DNA of 64,000 nucleotides from a virus, in the IMG/VR virus record IMGVR_UViG_3300035494_000060, positions 1 to 64,000 of that record; one strand, given 5' to 3'. A program made the translations under genes and the position numbers. Shown in pieces: positions 63,946 to 64,000 of the stretch. The notes under the pieces were generated by a model, which worked only from the letters and a program-made list of their open reading frames with translations, was not told where the DNA came from and ran no database searches. Each line of letters opens with the position of its first letter. The first letter of the stretch is position 1.

Positions 63946-64000
63946 TCACTGGCCCTCGATGTGGATCAGGATGTCGAAGGTGTCCCGCCCTGCCACCTGG
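63946..64000 (-). CDS. 3' end of an upstream (tail-module) gene; its start lies beyond the window end
   Basis: Open frame ...QVAGRDTFDILIHIEGQ ending at TGA 63946..63948. Confidence 0.35.
   Translation of the reverse strand, partial: QVAGRDTFDILIHIEGQ

Overview
The whole 64-kb window is part of a tailed dsDNA phage genome with high GC, above 60% by eye. I found no host DNA, tRNA, rRNA or CRISPR array. Every gene I accept, about 120, is on the minus strand. The long plus-strand ORFs in the track are antisense shadows of these genes.

Gene order in the direction of transcription (high to low coordinates):
- tail and tail-fibre genes (64.0-60.6 kb)
- a six-gene lysis cassette (60.5-58.3 kb)
- a replication and recombination block (58.1-45.5 kb): AAA+ ATPase, initiator-like wHTH protein with internal iterons, DnaB, primase, gp32-like SSB, SF2 helicase, RecA, Cas4-like nuclease, RuvC-like resolvase
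- a block at 44.4-35.7 kb in which SWIM, methyltransferase, WbqC-like, glycosyltransferase and LmbE-type deacetylase genes flank ParB-like, TerS and TerL; an HNH homing endonuclease is inserted here
- about 25 kb of small orphan genes, which also contains RNase H, dUTPase and DHFR
- a truncated PPDK-like dikinase, an orphan 390-aa protein and a Cys-type phosphatase
- family-A DNA polymerase, then the 5' part of the portal gene at the window start

Many ORF-track starts are too long. The conserved RBS CATGGAGGG contains an in-frame ATG, and the conserved promoter is itself translated in the track (peptides such as RLTNT). I re-set those starts.

Main signals not explained by ordinary gene annotation:
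1. A 14-bp AT-rich palindrome (TGCAAT-N2-ATTGCA family) occurs 40 times exactly and 4 times with one mismatch. It lies in intergenic DNA and in all three reading frames. Fourteen copies sit just upstream of promoters and three form iterons.
2. One sigma70-like promoter-leader cassette occurs 25 times.
3. Twelve otherwise unrelated proteins share the N-terminal peptide M-A-V-T-I-K-K-K.
4. The HNH gene has no RBS of its own and sits behind a duplicated 5' end of its target gene.
5. A dikinase and phosphatase pair lies next to the polymerase.

All functional calls rest on motifs I recognised by eye. No database search was possible.
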